DNA of 62,860 bases, the filler included, from Basidiobolus ranarum (lineage: Eukaryota), in NCBI GenBank assembly GCA_040143965.1. It is 53 parts of 53 records of this genome, joined end to end, with 100 filler letters (N's around TTAATTAATTAA, not from the genome) between each part and the next. Parts side by side here need not be neighbours in the genome. Positions count along the whole stretch, not along the records: positions 22,638 to 23,727 come from JASJQH010013366.1; positions 23,828 to 24,917 come from JASJQH010013367.1; positions 25,018 to 26,107 come from JASJQH010013368.1; positions 26,208 to 27,296 come from JASJQH010013369.1; positions 27,397 to 28,485 come from JASJQH010013370.1; positions 28,586 to 29,674 come from JASJQH010013371.1; positions 29,775 to 30,862 come from JASJQH010013372.1; positions 30,963 to 32,050 come from JASJQH010013373.1; 45 more parts are not named here. The stretch is one strand, 5' to 3'. The notes beneath the pieces were generated by a model. The model saw only the letters and a list, made by a program, of their open reading frames with translations. It searched no databases and was not told where the DNA came from. Both the position numbers and the translations under genes were made by a program. Shown here one piece after another: positions 22,538 to 35,714 of this stretch. Positions within the stretch are counted from its first letter, which is position 1. Each line of letters opens with the position of its first letter.

Positions 22538-22637
22538 NNNNNNNNNNNNNNNNNNNNNNNNNNNNNNNNNNNNNNNNNNNNTTAATTAATTAANNNNNNN
22601 NNNNNNNNNNNNNNNNNNNNNNNNNNNNNNNNNNNNN

Positions 22638-23727
22638 TAATCATCATTTTTGATGGGATTTTTGACTTGTTTCACACCTGAATCCATGGGAGTTGCTACT
22701 AGCTTGCAATTCTCTATCCTGTAGCATCTGAGAATGTCTGAGATGTATTTAGATTGATTCAGAGTAATAGATTTACTCAATATATCTTCATGGATCTGCA
22801 GACCTAAAAAATATGTAAGTTCACCTATATTGGTCATCTTGAATTGGACTGATAGATCTATTTTGGTGTTCCTGAGAGCTTCATTATTACTGGTAGCTAT
22901 AATCAGATCATCTACATATAAGGCAAGTATCATCTTACTGTCTTTATCTGTGTCAAAGTAGATCCCAAAATCCGCTGTGCTCTTTTGGAAATCAAGTGAT
23001 TCCAAGTATGTGTCTGTCTTAGTGTACCAGGCCCTGGGTGATTGTTTGAGTACATGAAGTCATATTTGTAGCTTACACATGTCCTCAGGGTACTCAGGAT
23101 CCACAAAACCATCTAGTCCCCATACAAAAAAGCAGTTTGCCCCAAATCCGGCTTTATATCTTCCTACAGATCCATCAGCTTGCCATTTAACTTTAAACAC
23201 CCATTTGCATCCAATTGATTTTTGTTTATCAGGAAACTTAACCAAAGTCCAAGTTTGGTTATCTATGAGTTACTGATACTCCTCTGCCATTGCAGCACTC
23301 CAAAACTCTGTGTTGGGACTCTCCATAGCCTCCTGTACTGATTCGGGCTCATCAGAAAAGGCTAAATGAGTACTAGGCTCCTTTGGGCTAGTGTGACAGT
23401 AGTAATCAGGCAGAGATCTCATCTGATTGGATCTCCTGAGAAGGGAAATTGGCACCACAACTTGTCATACCAATTTAGGCAATGAAACAACCTCAGGCTT
23501 GGTTGAGGAGACTGCAGGTGAAGAATTTTCAATGTTTTTTTTACTGATCAGGATCTGGTGTGAAAAAGAAAAATTTTCAACAATTTTTGATTGTTTTTCT
23601 GGATCCAGGATTGTTTTGATTGAAAATTTTTCTTTTTCAGCATATTCTACTACTCTTGACTTGATTAGCTTCCTATTTTCAGTGTCATACAGTCAGTACC
23701 CTTTTGTTCCATTGCAATATCCCAAAA
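22638..23727 (-). mobile_element. Ty1/Copia integrase tail to RT, with internal deletion
   Basis: FLGYC..SRVVEY, RRS, EPESVQEA, GCKWVFK, LYVDDL. Confidence 0.92.
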
Positions 23728-23828
23728 NNNNNNNNNNNNNNNNNNNNNNNNNNNNNNNNNNNNNNNNNNNNTTAATTAATTAANNNNNNNNNNNNNNNNN
23801 NNNNNNNNNNNNNNNNNNNNNNNNNNNC

Positions 23829-23942
23829 ATCCAACCCAGCACCATTCAAGCCGCTGCTGGTATTCTTGACACTGTGATCAAATCAGGATTCAAGATCACC
23901 ACTGTTGCTGATTGTCTCGGTGACTCTGGTCTCTATCATTAG
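23829..23942 (+). CDS. Polysaccharide (chitin) deacetylase CE4, C-terminus
   Basis: IQPSTIQAAAGILDTVIKSGFKITTVADCLGDSGLYH* matches the fungal CE4 end GY/FK.VTV.ECLG; not in the ORF track. Confidence 0.75.
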   Translation: MQPSTIQAAAGILDTVIKSGFKITTVADCLGDSGLYH

Positions 23943-25017
23943 GTTGATATAGTTCTGTCATACCCTTCCTACACGCTAATTCATTTGCATTTAGTACTTT
24001 TACTTAGTTAATTTAATTTCATGGATGTTGACTGGTTGGACTACAAAATAAACGTTTTTTTACCACAGATATTTTATATTCGAGTATTTGCGAATTTTAT
24101 GAATTAGAGTTAAAAAGGAATTGAATTTTATGGGGTTCCTGCTTGACGGGTTAGATTGAAAAATCTAACATGCTAATCCATTGTACCTTACCAAACCAAC
24201 CGAATACTCTCTGATTTCCTGCAATCGGAGATGAGATGGAGGAGGAGTACATCAACTGGCCATGTTGCCATAGAATGGCAAAAAGCATGCTCTGCTCGCC
24301 CAGTGAAAGTAGGAAAAGTGTATACTAAAGCGTGCGCATCAATTTTTCTGAATGTTTTCTTGCCTGTTATGGCCCCTATCACTAAAATTTAGTAACGCAT
24401 TCTTAGTATGTAGAAATTGCGAAATCAACTCGGTGGAAACCAATATTTTGCTTACTAATGATCGATTCTGTAGAACAGATTAATCTAGACGTTTTCAATC
24501 GGATTATAACTGCTATAATACAAGTTACTATGGAATGCATAGTATCCAAACTTTCCATATTGAGACTAAATGTATTTTATAACCGATAAACTAGAATCAA
24601 TTGCTTGGAGTGCAAAATTCACTCGATTTCAGAGAGTGGTTTTGATGTAGTTAGATTTGACGTATCCCGCTTGATCCTGGCTATTCGCATATCCATTACT
24701 TTGTATCTAAACCCGGAGTACTTCAAAATCATGCTTTCTGTTGTACAAGGTAAATATAGAACAGCAAAAAAGGTTCATTTTTCAATGTGCACAACTGAAA
24801 TACTGTGCAACACTGATGAGAAGCATATGTTGTAATGTGCTTGATCATAGGCATTAGTTCGTTTTTGGACAATATAAAAGTAATGGATGGATGATGAGGA
24901 AATAATATTCTCCAGTANNNNNNNNNNNNNNNNNNNNNNNNNNNNNNNNNNNNNNNNNNNNTTAATTAATTAANNNNNNNNNNNNNNNNNNNNNNNNNNN
25001 NNNNNNNNNNNNNNNNN

Positions 25018-26107
25018 ATGCTTGTGAAGCATAGATCAAAATTTGAGATGATTTGTTCAGGTTTGAGAAAAACTGATAATTGGTAAAGGTGATCTAATTG
25101 ATGTATCTATTAATTGGAGCAATATACACATATTTTTCTATCAATAAGATCAATAAACACATGTTTTTGAAAGAAAGAATTGAGTGCTTAATCAACACAA
25201 TATGAATGAACTTGCTACTAAATAATGAACTTGTATTTACTTAACTTCAACTTTCCCACCCAACTAATGATTTTGTATATCTCTCAAACAAAGCTTATTT
25301 CATAATTATTCAAATTGTGCTTTTGCTAAAGGTTTGGCTAAGTTGTCAGCAATCATATTCTGATCTAGCTTGTAATTTATGGTTTGTAGCTTATGAAATA
25401 CAACTCTGATTATGTCAAAATATAGTAATAACACTTTTTTGCATGTATCCTGAGTCTGTTAAGAAGTTGATTAGTCACATAGCTTCTTATGTAGGAGCAA
25501 AGGCAGCCCTATACTCTGCTTTTGAAGTCAAAAGTGCTGTGGTTGGTTGCTTGCTTGATGCTACTCAAAGTATGGCTCCATTAGCACGGAAAATAGTCTG
25601 AGCCACCTAGCTTCTTCTGTAGTAGCAGAGGCAGCCCTATACTCTGCTTTTATAGTGGAAAGTCCTAAGGCTGGTTGCTTCTTGCTATTCCAAGTTATAA
25701 CTTCATCACTGCAGAGTAAAGTGTATCCTGATGTTGTTCTTACATTGTGAAGGCTTCCTCCTTAGTGTGCATCACCAAAGCCTTTAAAATCTGTCTATCA
25801 GTGTATCCAGAGTACCCCAGTACTAGTTCTAGAGTTCCTCTCTATTCACTGAGTATTTGTTCAACTGCATTCTTGGGCTCAGATCCTAGATTTTGGAGGT
25901 TTCAATTGATAATTCACACTCCCACCACAATATTGGCATATTATCCAATCATTGTATATATTGAACTACCCAACATGGACCAACAATGGACTCCTGATTT
26001 GGTTTGAGTTATTGTGGATCATATTAGATTCAGTTTTGCCTACTTCCGCATTGGGATCCATTTATATTGATACTGCCTTGCTATTTTTCATGGTGCAGTG
26101 TCTTAAA
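25018..26107 (-). mobile_element. Decayed Copia-A RT/RNase H with 3' LTR-A (25018-25251)
   Basis: SKKQP..AEY remnants (locally duplicated), ADNLAKP, PPT, LTR-A. Confidence 0.8.
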
Positions 26108-26207
26108 NNNNNNNNNNNNNNNNNNNNNNNNNNNNNNNNNNNNNNNNNNNNTTAATTAATTAANNNNNNNNNNNNNNNNNNNNNNNNNNNNNNNNNNNNN
26201 NNNNNNN

Positions 26208-27296
26208 TGATATCAGTGATCATGTTGAAATCTGACCAGGCTCTTGACAGTAAAACCATAAAGTTTAGTGTTGTATTTGGATAGTAGTGATGCATATGCC
26301 TGTTAGAGTAAACTCCATTAATTTGACAAAATCTACAGCAAGATAATGCATTGTGCCTGCAAAAACCTCAAAGTTTACTGATGGCAGAAGTGTCACCAAT
26401 ACATACAATGATATTAGCTTTAATAAAATATTCACCTATCTGAACCCCATTAGATAACCATTCAAATTCCACAATCAATGGCTCCAAGAAGCTATTGATA
26501 AGCACTGGTGATTTAGGTCCAGATATGATGGATAGTATCAAAATATTATGACTCTCATACCATTCAGAAGGAGGAAGATTTAAGTTAATTAAAATTATTG
26601 GCCAGCAAGCCTTTCCAATGGTTTATTTGTTTACTGAGAAACCAATGCAAATGCATGATCATACATGTTCTCAAAGAAACCTTGACTTTTCAGATTCTGG
26701 TGGTGATATCCATCAAGTATATTGGTAATTCCATCAGCTATATGTTGAGTACTTTGGTATTGGATTAATGAACTATACTTTGGTGATTTCATCAAAACTT
26801 CATGATGGGAATCAATGGTATGTAAGCCAAATATGATAAATATTTACCTGATTCAGTGATTGCCAATTGTGTGCAAACAGTACATGATTTCAGGTTTTTC
26901 AGATCACTGGTGAAAGCCAAACAACTATTTGGATCTGAAGGTAGTTTAATTACTGAAGGATTATAATTCATATGATTGCTAAGTGTTTTCCACTTGTACC
27001 AGGTCTGTGGCAAGCAACAGTTGCCAATCAACTGTGGTAAAAGTGTAAGAAAACCAATAAAAACCTGGTTGCTAAGATTGGATTGAACTCTCCACTCCTC
27101 AATAATCAAAGCTGCTTCCTTTACTAAAAGTGTCATGAGTGGACTAACGTTTGCTGATAACAAAGTGTCCATAATAAAACCGTCATCTTCTTCTTCAACT
27201 TCTGATATACTACCATCAGTACTGGAATAACCAAGGTCAACATCTATCAGCAAGTCCTAAAAGTTGTCCGGACTTACTGGTTTAACCAAAGTTGCA
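26208..27296 (-). mobile_element. EnSpm transposase, degenerate
   Basis: EEWRVQSNLSNQVF..CTVC..AYIPLIP, WPIILINLNLPP, GPKSP, GDTSA, HNALSCCRFC. Confidence 0.85.
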
Positions 27297-27437
27297 NNNN
27301 NNNNNNNNNNNNNNNNNNNNNNNNNNNNNNNNNNNNNNNNTTAATTAATTAANNNNNNNNNNNNNNNNNNNNNNNNNNNNNNNNNNNNNNNNNNNNGATA
27401 CATTGTTAATCAGATTAGCATATGGTAATACTGATGG

Positions 27438-28051
27438 CCCTACCAGAAATTTGAGGATTGTTATTGTAGGAAAACTGTCATAATTTTAATCCATTTGGCA
27501 TTGACCATTTACTTACCATTATAAAAATGTCAAGTTAGATTTGATTTTGATCAATTTGTTCAGTTTCAGGAGTGAAATTTCAAGATCTTGCAAAATAGCT
27601 GCACATGATTGGCTACAATCTCAGCAATCTATAGATCAACCCATGTGCAAAAAACTGACTCAAATTTTACACATTTATGACTTGATCCCTAATTTGTCAC
27701 CTTTGAAATTCCTAGTTTCTTCAATCGCTAACAAAAATACAATCAATTTGATCCAGATTGGATCCACCCTCCAAAATAGCAAAACCATTGGAGAACCATC
27801 ACAATATTGGTGGCTTGCATTCTGCCAAGGATTTTGATGGTGTAATGGTGGTTTCTAGATGTTATTTTGATAGTTTTGATATATGTTAAAATATTGATCC
27901 TTGAATTTGGCATGCATTATTCAATATCTGGCAATTTTTGCAAAAGAAAGAATTTTTTGAATGGCAAATTACTGGGTTTACTGCTGAAGCAAGTTGAATT
28001 ACTATGCATGCCGTCATTTAGATAGTTTAGGCTTTACATTCCAGCCACAAT
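27438..28051 (+). mobile_element. Family G element, left end (CCCTA/CACTA terminus)
   Basis: Homology to 50551-50830 starts at CCCTACCAGA here and CACTAACAGA there. Confidence 0.6.
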
Positions 28052-28170
28052 AGACTTGTTCCATTGGACCAGGTCAGATTGTGCTGCTCAATTCAGCCTG
28101 CCAGTACACCATCTGGCACAATCTGTCAATTACCATGGCCGGGTCCTATAACATTCAATTGGACACTATA
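28052..28170 (+). mobile_element. Harbinger-like element end, inserted after AAT (right extent unknown)
   Basis: AGACTTGTTCCATT TIR; reverse complement of 19169-19283. Confidence 0.7.
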
Positions 28171-28585
28171 AGGAACAATATGGCACTATCCCACCACAAT
28201 TGGACATGATGATTTTTTTGGAGATATTGTGCCAGCCCATACCAAGTTACCCAATTTAGTATTGCCAAATTACAATTTTGGATAACTGACAAAGTAAGTT
28301 CATCCCCTAGTTTGTAACTTACAAATTACTGAATGTTTAACAATAAACAATTTATACAGTAACTTACCCAATCAAATCTATAACCCAGACATTCTCATGT
28401 TTTTAGGCCCATCATTTGTACCTCACTAACACAGTATCCTGATTTTCAATTGGGCATAACAGCTCCTGCATTACAAAACACCAGTNNNNNNNNNNNNNNN
28501 NNNNNNNNNNNNNNNNNNNNNNNNNNNNNTTAATTAATTAANNNNNNNNNNNNNNNNNNNNNNNNNNNNNNNNNNNNNNNNNNNN

Positions 28586-28809
28586 CAAGGATGTACAAAA
28601 ATAATCAAATTTGCTTGAGGAGTATTTTCAAAAATATGAAGGGAAAAATGCAATGCAAGTATGCAGAAAGTGGCTTTGGAAGAAGAACATTCAACTTGAC
28701 ATGCAGTCCGGTGATGACCATGCAGATATCTGGGAAAAACTTAATACAGAGTTGCACAATATTGCAGGGTATCCACCAGATAGCTGGAAGAATGTAGAAT
28801 CAGCAACGT
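28586..28809 (+). repeat. Repeat family H carrying an unidentified coding remnant
   Basis: LEEYFQKYEGKNAMQVCRKWL..IWEKLNTELHNIAGYPPDSWKNVES; homologous to about 41400-41545 (+) and 50945-51026 (-). Confidence 0.6.
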
Positions 28810-29674
28810 TGTAGTGGGGTAGCATTGCTACCGACTGGCAGATTGACTTATTTCCACTCAAAGCTCATATCATTACAATAGACAATTTCTATTTTTTTAT
28901 CCTTATTTGACTTACTCATATTTTCTAGCCAATCATATCACACTATTAGTATTATCCCCCATTATTTCAGATTTATCAGTATTAACCCACATTAGCCCTA
29001 TTATTTTCTGGAAAATTCTACATTCTTCCAGAACTTTCCATAAGATTCTTGGAATATTTGATGCTTGATTGAGTTTTTACCAATCAAAACTTGATTTTGC
29101 CGGAACATTCCATGACTATCTGGATTTTTGTACAACCTTCCAGAACATTCCATCGATTACTAATCTCAATATTCATGATGATATCATAACCCCAGATCCC
29201 CACCAATATAATTCTCCTGAACTTTCCAGAAAATTCTCATTAGTAATCATATCTACCTTCAGAAAAGTATAAATAGAAGCCATATCTTTTCAAATAAAAA
29301 TCATCCTGGTTTTAACTAACCATTACTACTTGTGATCACCCCTTATTTTCATCACCGCTTACAAGACCTTTGAAGAGGAATCTAAAGAGAGACTACTAGA
29401 GGCAGTTACAGGCTACTGTGTGACTAGAAAGAACTTGACCAGCTCAAAGGAAGTACTGACAGGTAGATGTTATATTTCTGATACTTTATATTTTTTTCCC
29501 TAGCTTTGTCTGCATAGGCAAGGAACTGTTTCATATCCTTGGATAAATCACTGCTAGTACATCCATGTTCAAGACCCTGCTGGCTGAGTTTACAGTTGTT
29601 TTTGATTGGATATACCCTTTTTATCTGATCATTCTCAAAGGACGCTGAAGCCAGTATATTCTTTTGCCAGGTGC
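28810..29674 (+). mobile_element. LTR family F (LTR at 28810-29410) plus 5' internal region
   Basis: TGTA..TACA termini; near-identical to 11019-11822. Confidence 0.75.
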
Positions 29675-29774
29675 NNNNNNNNNNNNNNNNNNNNNNNNNN
29701 NNNNNNNNNNNNNNNNNNTTAATTAATTAANNNNNNNNNNNNNNNNNNNNNNNNNNNNNNNNNNNNNNNNNNNN

Positions 29775-30862
29775 GATGTGTTCCTTTCCAGCAATAATGC
29801 AAGTAAAGAGATTGTGCTCCCCCAATCACATAGTAAATCAATAGCTAAGCAAAGTTCAACCCAAACACCATCCAGACCATCAACTTCCAAATTGCTACTT
29901 TGCCCACTATTGAACAACCCTCCATAGAAAATTTGGATTGAATTATTACAATAAGGGAATTGCAGGCAGAACACCATAATGATTTGAATGCAATCATAAG
30001 TAAAAACTATGAAGTTGCTACACAGGCCATGACAAGAAATAATGCCACAATATTGCAATTAATGAAGCATTTGGAAGCAACTAGTCAACAAATAGAGAGT
30101 CACTCAACAATGGACTTGTTCCATTGTGCCAGGATTTATTTGACCTTGGATTAATATATTAGAGTAAATGTGATTGAAATTGATCATGCCAGAGGGTGAT
30201 GGATAGTGCCAAATTTTGCCGCATAAATTTTAGAATACTTTATCCAATATGATATATACAGCACAATCTGGCACTATCACAGAGAACAAGTCCAATGATA
30301 CATGACCTTCAGAATGCTGTACTTGAGCTACAGCAACAAGCTGCTCCCTCCATCCATTTCCATATGAGATTTCAGTCAATCCCACACCATACATATGAAT
30401 GTCACCATGACAATCTAGCAGAGCTGAATATGTGTTGCACCATTAAGCCTACGCAACTACCCAAAATTGCTTGGGCACACAAAAGTAGAAATCTCATAGG
30501 AAAACTGGCAAACCAAAAGACTCTAAATGTCAGAGCTGCCATCACTTGATCTGATGATGAGTGGTTTAACATTTTGGAAACTGTGTGGAATCTTACCCAA
30601 AATCACGTGGATTTGAGTCAATCATGGAAGAACTAGAAACCAGGCATTACTCTGAAGGTTCTTGACTTATTTCATATGGCTTATCCTGGGTTTTGGCAAG
30701 CAAATGGCAATTGGGCTAGTATAGGCCTATTCATGAAACATCTCAAAAATGTATACAATTATTGACTTGGAAAAGAAAGAAAAGCAGCTAAAGAAGCACT
30801 GAAGGAGCAGGAAGTTAGTAAATCCAAGGGAAAAGCAAAGGAGCCAGTGAGTTTAGGCTCTA
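29775..30862 (+). mobile_element. EnSpm ORF2, degenerate, interrupted by a MITE
   Basis: Continues ..HVDLSQSWKN..MAYPGF..NGNWASIGLFMKHLKN..KERKAAKE; matches 2820-3479. Confidence 0.75.
30112..30293 (-). mobile_element. 182-bp PIF/Harbinger-like MITE
   Basis: TIR GGACTTGTTC..GAACAAGTCC; AAT target duplication, confirmed against the empty site at about 3145-3165. Confidence 0.9.
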
Positions 30863-30962
30863 NNNNNNNNNNNNNNNNNNNNNNNNNNNNNNNNNNNNNN
30901 NNNNNNTTAATTAATTAANNNNNNNNNNNNNNNNNNNNNNNNNNNNNNNNNNNNNNNNNNNN

Positions 30963-32050
30963 AAATATTGTTCATATTTGGCTTACATACCATTGATTCC
31001 CCATCTTAAAATTTTGATGAAATCACCCAAATATAGAGCATTGGTCCAATACTGAAGTACTCACCATAAAGCTGATGGTATTAGCAAAATACTTGATGGA
31101 TACCACTACCAGATCTGAAAAGTCAAGGATTCTTTGAGAACATGTATGATCATGCATTTGCATAGGCTCTGAATGGTTTCTCACTAAACAAATACACCTT
31201 GGAAAGGCTTGCTGGCCAATAATTTTAATTAAAGCTAATATCATTTTATGTATTGGTGACACTCCTGCCATTAGTAAACTTGGAGGTTTTTGTGGGCACA
31301 ATGCACTATCTTGCTGTAGATTTTGCCAAATCAACGGAGTTTACTCTAACAAGCATATGCACTACTACTATCCAAATACAATGCTAAACTTCATGATTTT
31401 ACTATTGAGAGCCCAATCAGATTTCAATATGATCACTGTTATCAATTCACCAAATAGTCAGTCTAACATCAAACTTGGTATTAGCCATAAGCCTAAGATT
31501 ATATTGTTAAAGGGGATCAGCTGAGCCAGAGCTTCCCATTAGGCACTTTGCACTTACTATTCAACAACATTCCAATACTACTTACTCAGCTATAAAGTAG
31601 AAAATTCAATATGAATGAGCCATTTGGGATAGAATCAAATTTTAAATCAATTGGGAAAATGCTTGAAACCATCAAGATATCATCATATTTTACCCAGACT
31701 CCCATCTATATCCACTCATCTAGGCATTTATTCAAATGCAAAGACTGGAATTATTTGATTTATATATGTTCAAGTGGAATTTTGAAAAGATTTTTGCCTG
31801 ATCAGTATTGGCAACATTGGGAGTTGTTTGTGGATATTGTTGATGTATTCATATGGAATCAATACACATTGGCAGATCTTAGGAAGATACAGCAACTGTG
31901 CAAAGATTTTGTAATTAGATACAAAGAACTTTATTACATGTTTAAAGAAGATAGACTGAATCTATGCCGGTATTGAATACATTCCCTGCTGCATCTTTCA
32001 CAATGCTTAGAGATTATAGGCCCTTGCTATACATTCTGGGAGTTCCCAAT
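30963..32050 (+). mobile_element. EnSpm transposase C-terminal half, with internal deletion
   Basis: GDTPAISKLGGFCGHNALSCCRFC, LHLLFNNI, FKCKDW, HSLLHL..GPCYTFWEFP. Confidence 0.85.
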
Positions 32051-32150
32051 NNNNNNNNNNNNNNNNNNNNNNNNNNNNNNNNNNNNNNNNNNNNTTAATT
32101 AATTAANNNNNNNNNNNNNNNNNNNNNNNNNNNNNNNNNNNNNNNNNNNN

Positions 32151-33238
32151 CTGAAAAAGATATTTAATCACATTTATTGATGATTATAAAAGATACACTT
32201 GGGGCTACCTTATGGAAAGAAAAGAAGAAGCTCTCTCCTTCCTTAGAGATTTTAAAACACTTGTGGAGACTGTGACTGGAACCAAAATCAAAAAAATATG
32301 TACTCATAATGGTGGAGAATATACTTCACCACTGTTTAAGCACTTTTGCAAAGTTCATGGAATTAAGCAAGAAACTACTGCCCCATATTCATCTCAACAA
32401 AATGGTGTTGCTGAAAGAGCTAACAGGACTATAATAGAAATGGCAAGATCTGTGATAAATGCATCAAATTTTCTCATAACTTTTAGGCAGAATCTGTTGC
32501 TCCAGCTGTATACCTGAAGAATAGGAGTTTTACCAGAAGTTTGTCTAACTCTACACTATATCAAGCTTGGTTTGGAGTTAAACCTGATGTAAAACATTTC
32601 ACAATCTTTGGATTCATTGCTTATGTCAAAATTATGACCAAAAATTGGTCTAAATTTGATCCAAAAAGTAAGAAAGATATATTTCTGGGTTATTGTACTC
32701 AAACTAAGGCCTACAGACTCTATGATACCAAAATTTCCAAGTTAATCAAGTCCAGGGATGCTTTGTTCAATGAAAATGAAAAATATTTATTGGGAAAATA
32801 TGGGCTGTTTGGAGGAAATTTAGAAAAGTGGAGTTGTGAACAGCTTGGTGAGATAAATATTTATTGTCCAGAAATAAAGCATTTATACATTTTTGTGGAA
32901 ATACAGAAAACTAACACTAGGGTTGTGTTCAGAACATCTGTGGGAGTAAAATGAGCTATAGTTGGGGTAATTTGGACAAGTTTGAAATTTCCAATATGGA
33001 ATTGCTAATTCTCACATTATTCACATATATATAATATATGTTCCAATTTTCAGTTAAGTGATATTTGACTAAGTAATGTTATCTAACTTATATGTGATAC
33101 ATGAAATAGTTAGATGTATAAAGACCGAGATAACAAATTGGATAAAGACAATAAACTTCAACAATTTTCACCCAAAATGACCTCAGATGATGACAAAAAT
33201 CAATTTTCTCCTGATCCAATCATTCAAATTGATTCAAA
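32151..33238 (+). mobile_element. Ty1/Copia integrase with a solo LTR-B (32788-33163, minus strand) inserted
   Basis: TFIDDY, NGGEY, QQNGVAERANRT, SKFDPKS..FLGY; near-perfect 5-bp TSD (ATATT/ATTTT). Confidence 0.92.
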
Positions 33239-33338
33239 NNNNNNNNNNNNNNNNNNNNNNNNNNNNNNNNNNNNNNNNNNNNTTAATTAATTAANNNNNN
33301 NNNNNNNNNNNNNNNNNNNNNNNNNNNNNNNNNNNNNN

Positions 33339-33646
33339 TATTCATATTCTAATTATTTAGCACTCAATTCTGTTATTCAAAAACATGTATTTATTGCTCT
33401 AATTGATAGAAATATCAATTAGATCACTTTTACCAATTTTCACTATTTTCTCAAAACTTCTCCATATCACCACAAATTTTCACCCATGCTTAACAGGCAT
33501 GTTTGTTATGATCTAAGCATGTCCAATAGTCCTATTTTATAGTAAACTATAAATAGGACATATTCAATTCAATAAAACTTTAGTGTCTAATTCACAAATC
33601 CAAATCTTGTCCAAAACACTTCCAAATCCCCTAAACATTTTTATCA
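33339..33646 (+). repeat. Copia LTR-A (partial)
   Basis: Ends TTTTATCA. Confidence 0.88.
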
Positions 33647-33649
33647 ATT

Positions 33650-33890
33650 TTGCACTGTAGTGTGGGCATAATGGTCCATCACTTTTTCTGCTCTGCTACA
33701 TATTCATTGTGATGTTGATATGTATGGTGTGGGATTGATTGCAATCCCATATGAGAATGGACAGAGGGAGCAGCATGTTGCAGTAGCTGAAGTACAGCAT
33801 TCTGAAGGTCTTGTAACATTACTGCATGACTATCTAACTGTTGACTAGTTGCTTCCAAATGCTGCATTATTTGCAATATTGCAGTGTTGT
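33650..33890 (-). mobile_element. Diverged EnSpm ORF2 fragment
   Basis: ILQIMQHLEATSQQ..LQNAVLQL..QSIPHHTY. Confidence 0.7.
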
Positions 33891-34239
33891 AGTGTTGGAA
33901 ATATTCCAGCAATATCTTGCACATAATAAGTAAGAAGAATATTATCTATTGCTATCTTATAATATTTTTACAGATCAAGAAAAAGAACAAGAATATTTGT
34001 TTGCTCATAGTTGTATCAATACTTGACTGACTATAGTAATTCTAATAACTGCAATCAAACTCTTGAATTAGAGCTTTGCACCCACCTATGTAAGAATCAT
34101 AAGATTTGATCAATTATTTGTAGAGCTACAACCATTTCAAAATTGCCAACACAAAAAATCAACACTAGCATATATTCAGAATGCAGGAATTCTGGACCTC
34201 AAGATGCTCACAAAATTAGTGCTAACCTTTGAACCAGCC

Positions 34240-34370
34240 ACATATCTTGCCTCTTGCAGAATTTGCTTATAACAACTCTTATCATACTTCAACAAAGCAA
34301 ACTCCTTTCTTTGCAAGTTATGGATTCCATCCTTGTTTCACAATTTACCCACCATCCAATCTACCTTGCC
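34240..34370 (+). mobile_element. Gypsy integrase fragment
   Basis: [29 protein letters not shown]; matches 21905-22027. Confidence 0.85.
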
Positions 34371-35173
34371 CCCCATTTTTCGCTCGGGTTGGCCCCCCGC
34401 TTCGCATTGGCTTCCCGGTCAGGGAGNNNNNNNNNNNNNNNNNNNNNNNNNNNNNNNNNNNNNNNNNNNNTTAATTAATTAANNNNNNNNNNNNNNNNNN
34501 NNNNNNNNNNNNNNNNNNNNNNNNNNGTATTGTGGGTATGTGTATTGTTTACTTGTGGAATATTCTTTACCAGGAGGAGGCACCAAGTATATAAGATAGA
34601 CCCATGTTGTATATTCTATTCATCATAGTAGAGCATTCACGTATAGGATGATCTTCCATCTATTTGGATTATTTACGTATTCACTACCAATAGGATTGAT
34701 TGGGTTGTGATGCATTGTGGGTATACAAAGTTGCTACTGTGAAATAAAACTACCAACCAAACAATAAGTCATGATTTATTCTGGTAATATTTCTGGATCT
34801 AACCAAAATGAATAAAATTTGGTTTAAGTTCGTTCCAAATACCTCATATATAAGTAGCAATCTATAAGCCACTTGACTACTTTTATACATCTGTTTCCAT
34901 TACAATGACTCTAAACCAGTGAGCAGATAAAGATCCCGAGTTCGTTTCTGCCACATCTTCACTTCACTTTTTGAGTGACCATAGCGAGTATTTGTGAATA
35001 TAGAATTTGACTCTGTTTGTAATTTTATATTGATTTTTGATAAATCTCGTGATTGCTTCCGACAAATTTGAAGTAGACGATAAATCATTCTCAAGTGGAA
35101 GATAGGTGAAGCCCAAATAGAATTACTCCCATCACTTGATCCGATTAAAAGCCAGTCTTTCAGTAGTTGAAAG

Positions 35174-35614
35174 ATGATAGCGTTAATTATCACTTTTCTA
35201 AGTTTACTTTTACTTTTCCCGGTTTATTATTACCTTAGTATACCCGATGGTTTACGTACTTTTCCAACTATACCTATAAGGAGTTTATTACACTCTTTAG
35301 GAAAACCAAAGACTTTGGTAGATGCATATAAACCTATGAGAGGAATCCTAGAACGTTTTGGTATTGCCAAGGTAAGTTGCGAAAGATTCAATGGTTAGAA
35401 AGCTGCATTCACTTACTTGAAGTAAATAAGGTTTGGATATTGGGTGAATGGTATGTTATCATATCTCGTGCTGAACATGCAAAGACCATATATTCCAAAC
35501 CAGGTAATTTATTTGATATAGCATGGAGGATGTCCTTTGATTTACGACCACGAAAGTCTCAACCAAATATTGTTAAAGTTTATTGATTTTTCTCTCGTTA
35601 ACAATAGAGTTATT
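35174..35614 (+). CDS. Probable cytochrome P450, 5' part (exons 35174-35371, 35431-35503 and from 35608)
   Basis: N-terminal membrane anchor and Pro-rich segment; GT..AG introns; spliced product ..ERFGIAKVWILGEWYVIISRAEHAKTIYSKPELF; the haem motif is outside the contig. Confidence 0.6.
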
Positions 35615-35714
35615 NNNNNNNNNNNNNNNNNNNNNNNNNNNNNNNNNNNNNNNNNNNNTTAATTAATTAANNNNNNNNNNNNNNNNNNNNNNNNNNNNNN
35701 NNNNNNNNNNNNNN

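Noticed and set aside
34371-34426. Sudden GC- and CpG-rich tail after a Gypsy fragment
   Set aside because: Short and at a contig end; most likely low-quality or chimeric read sequence.
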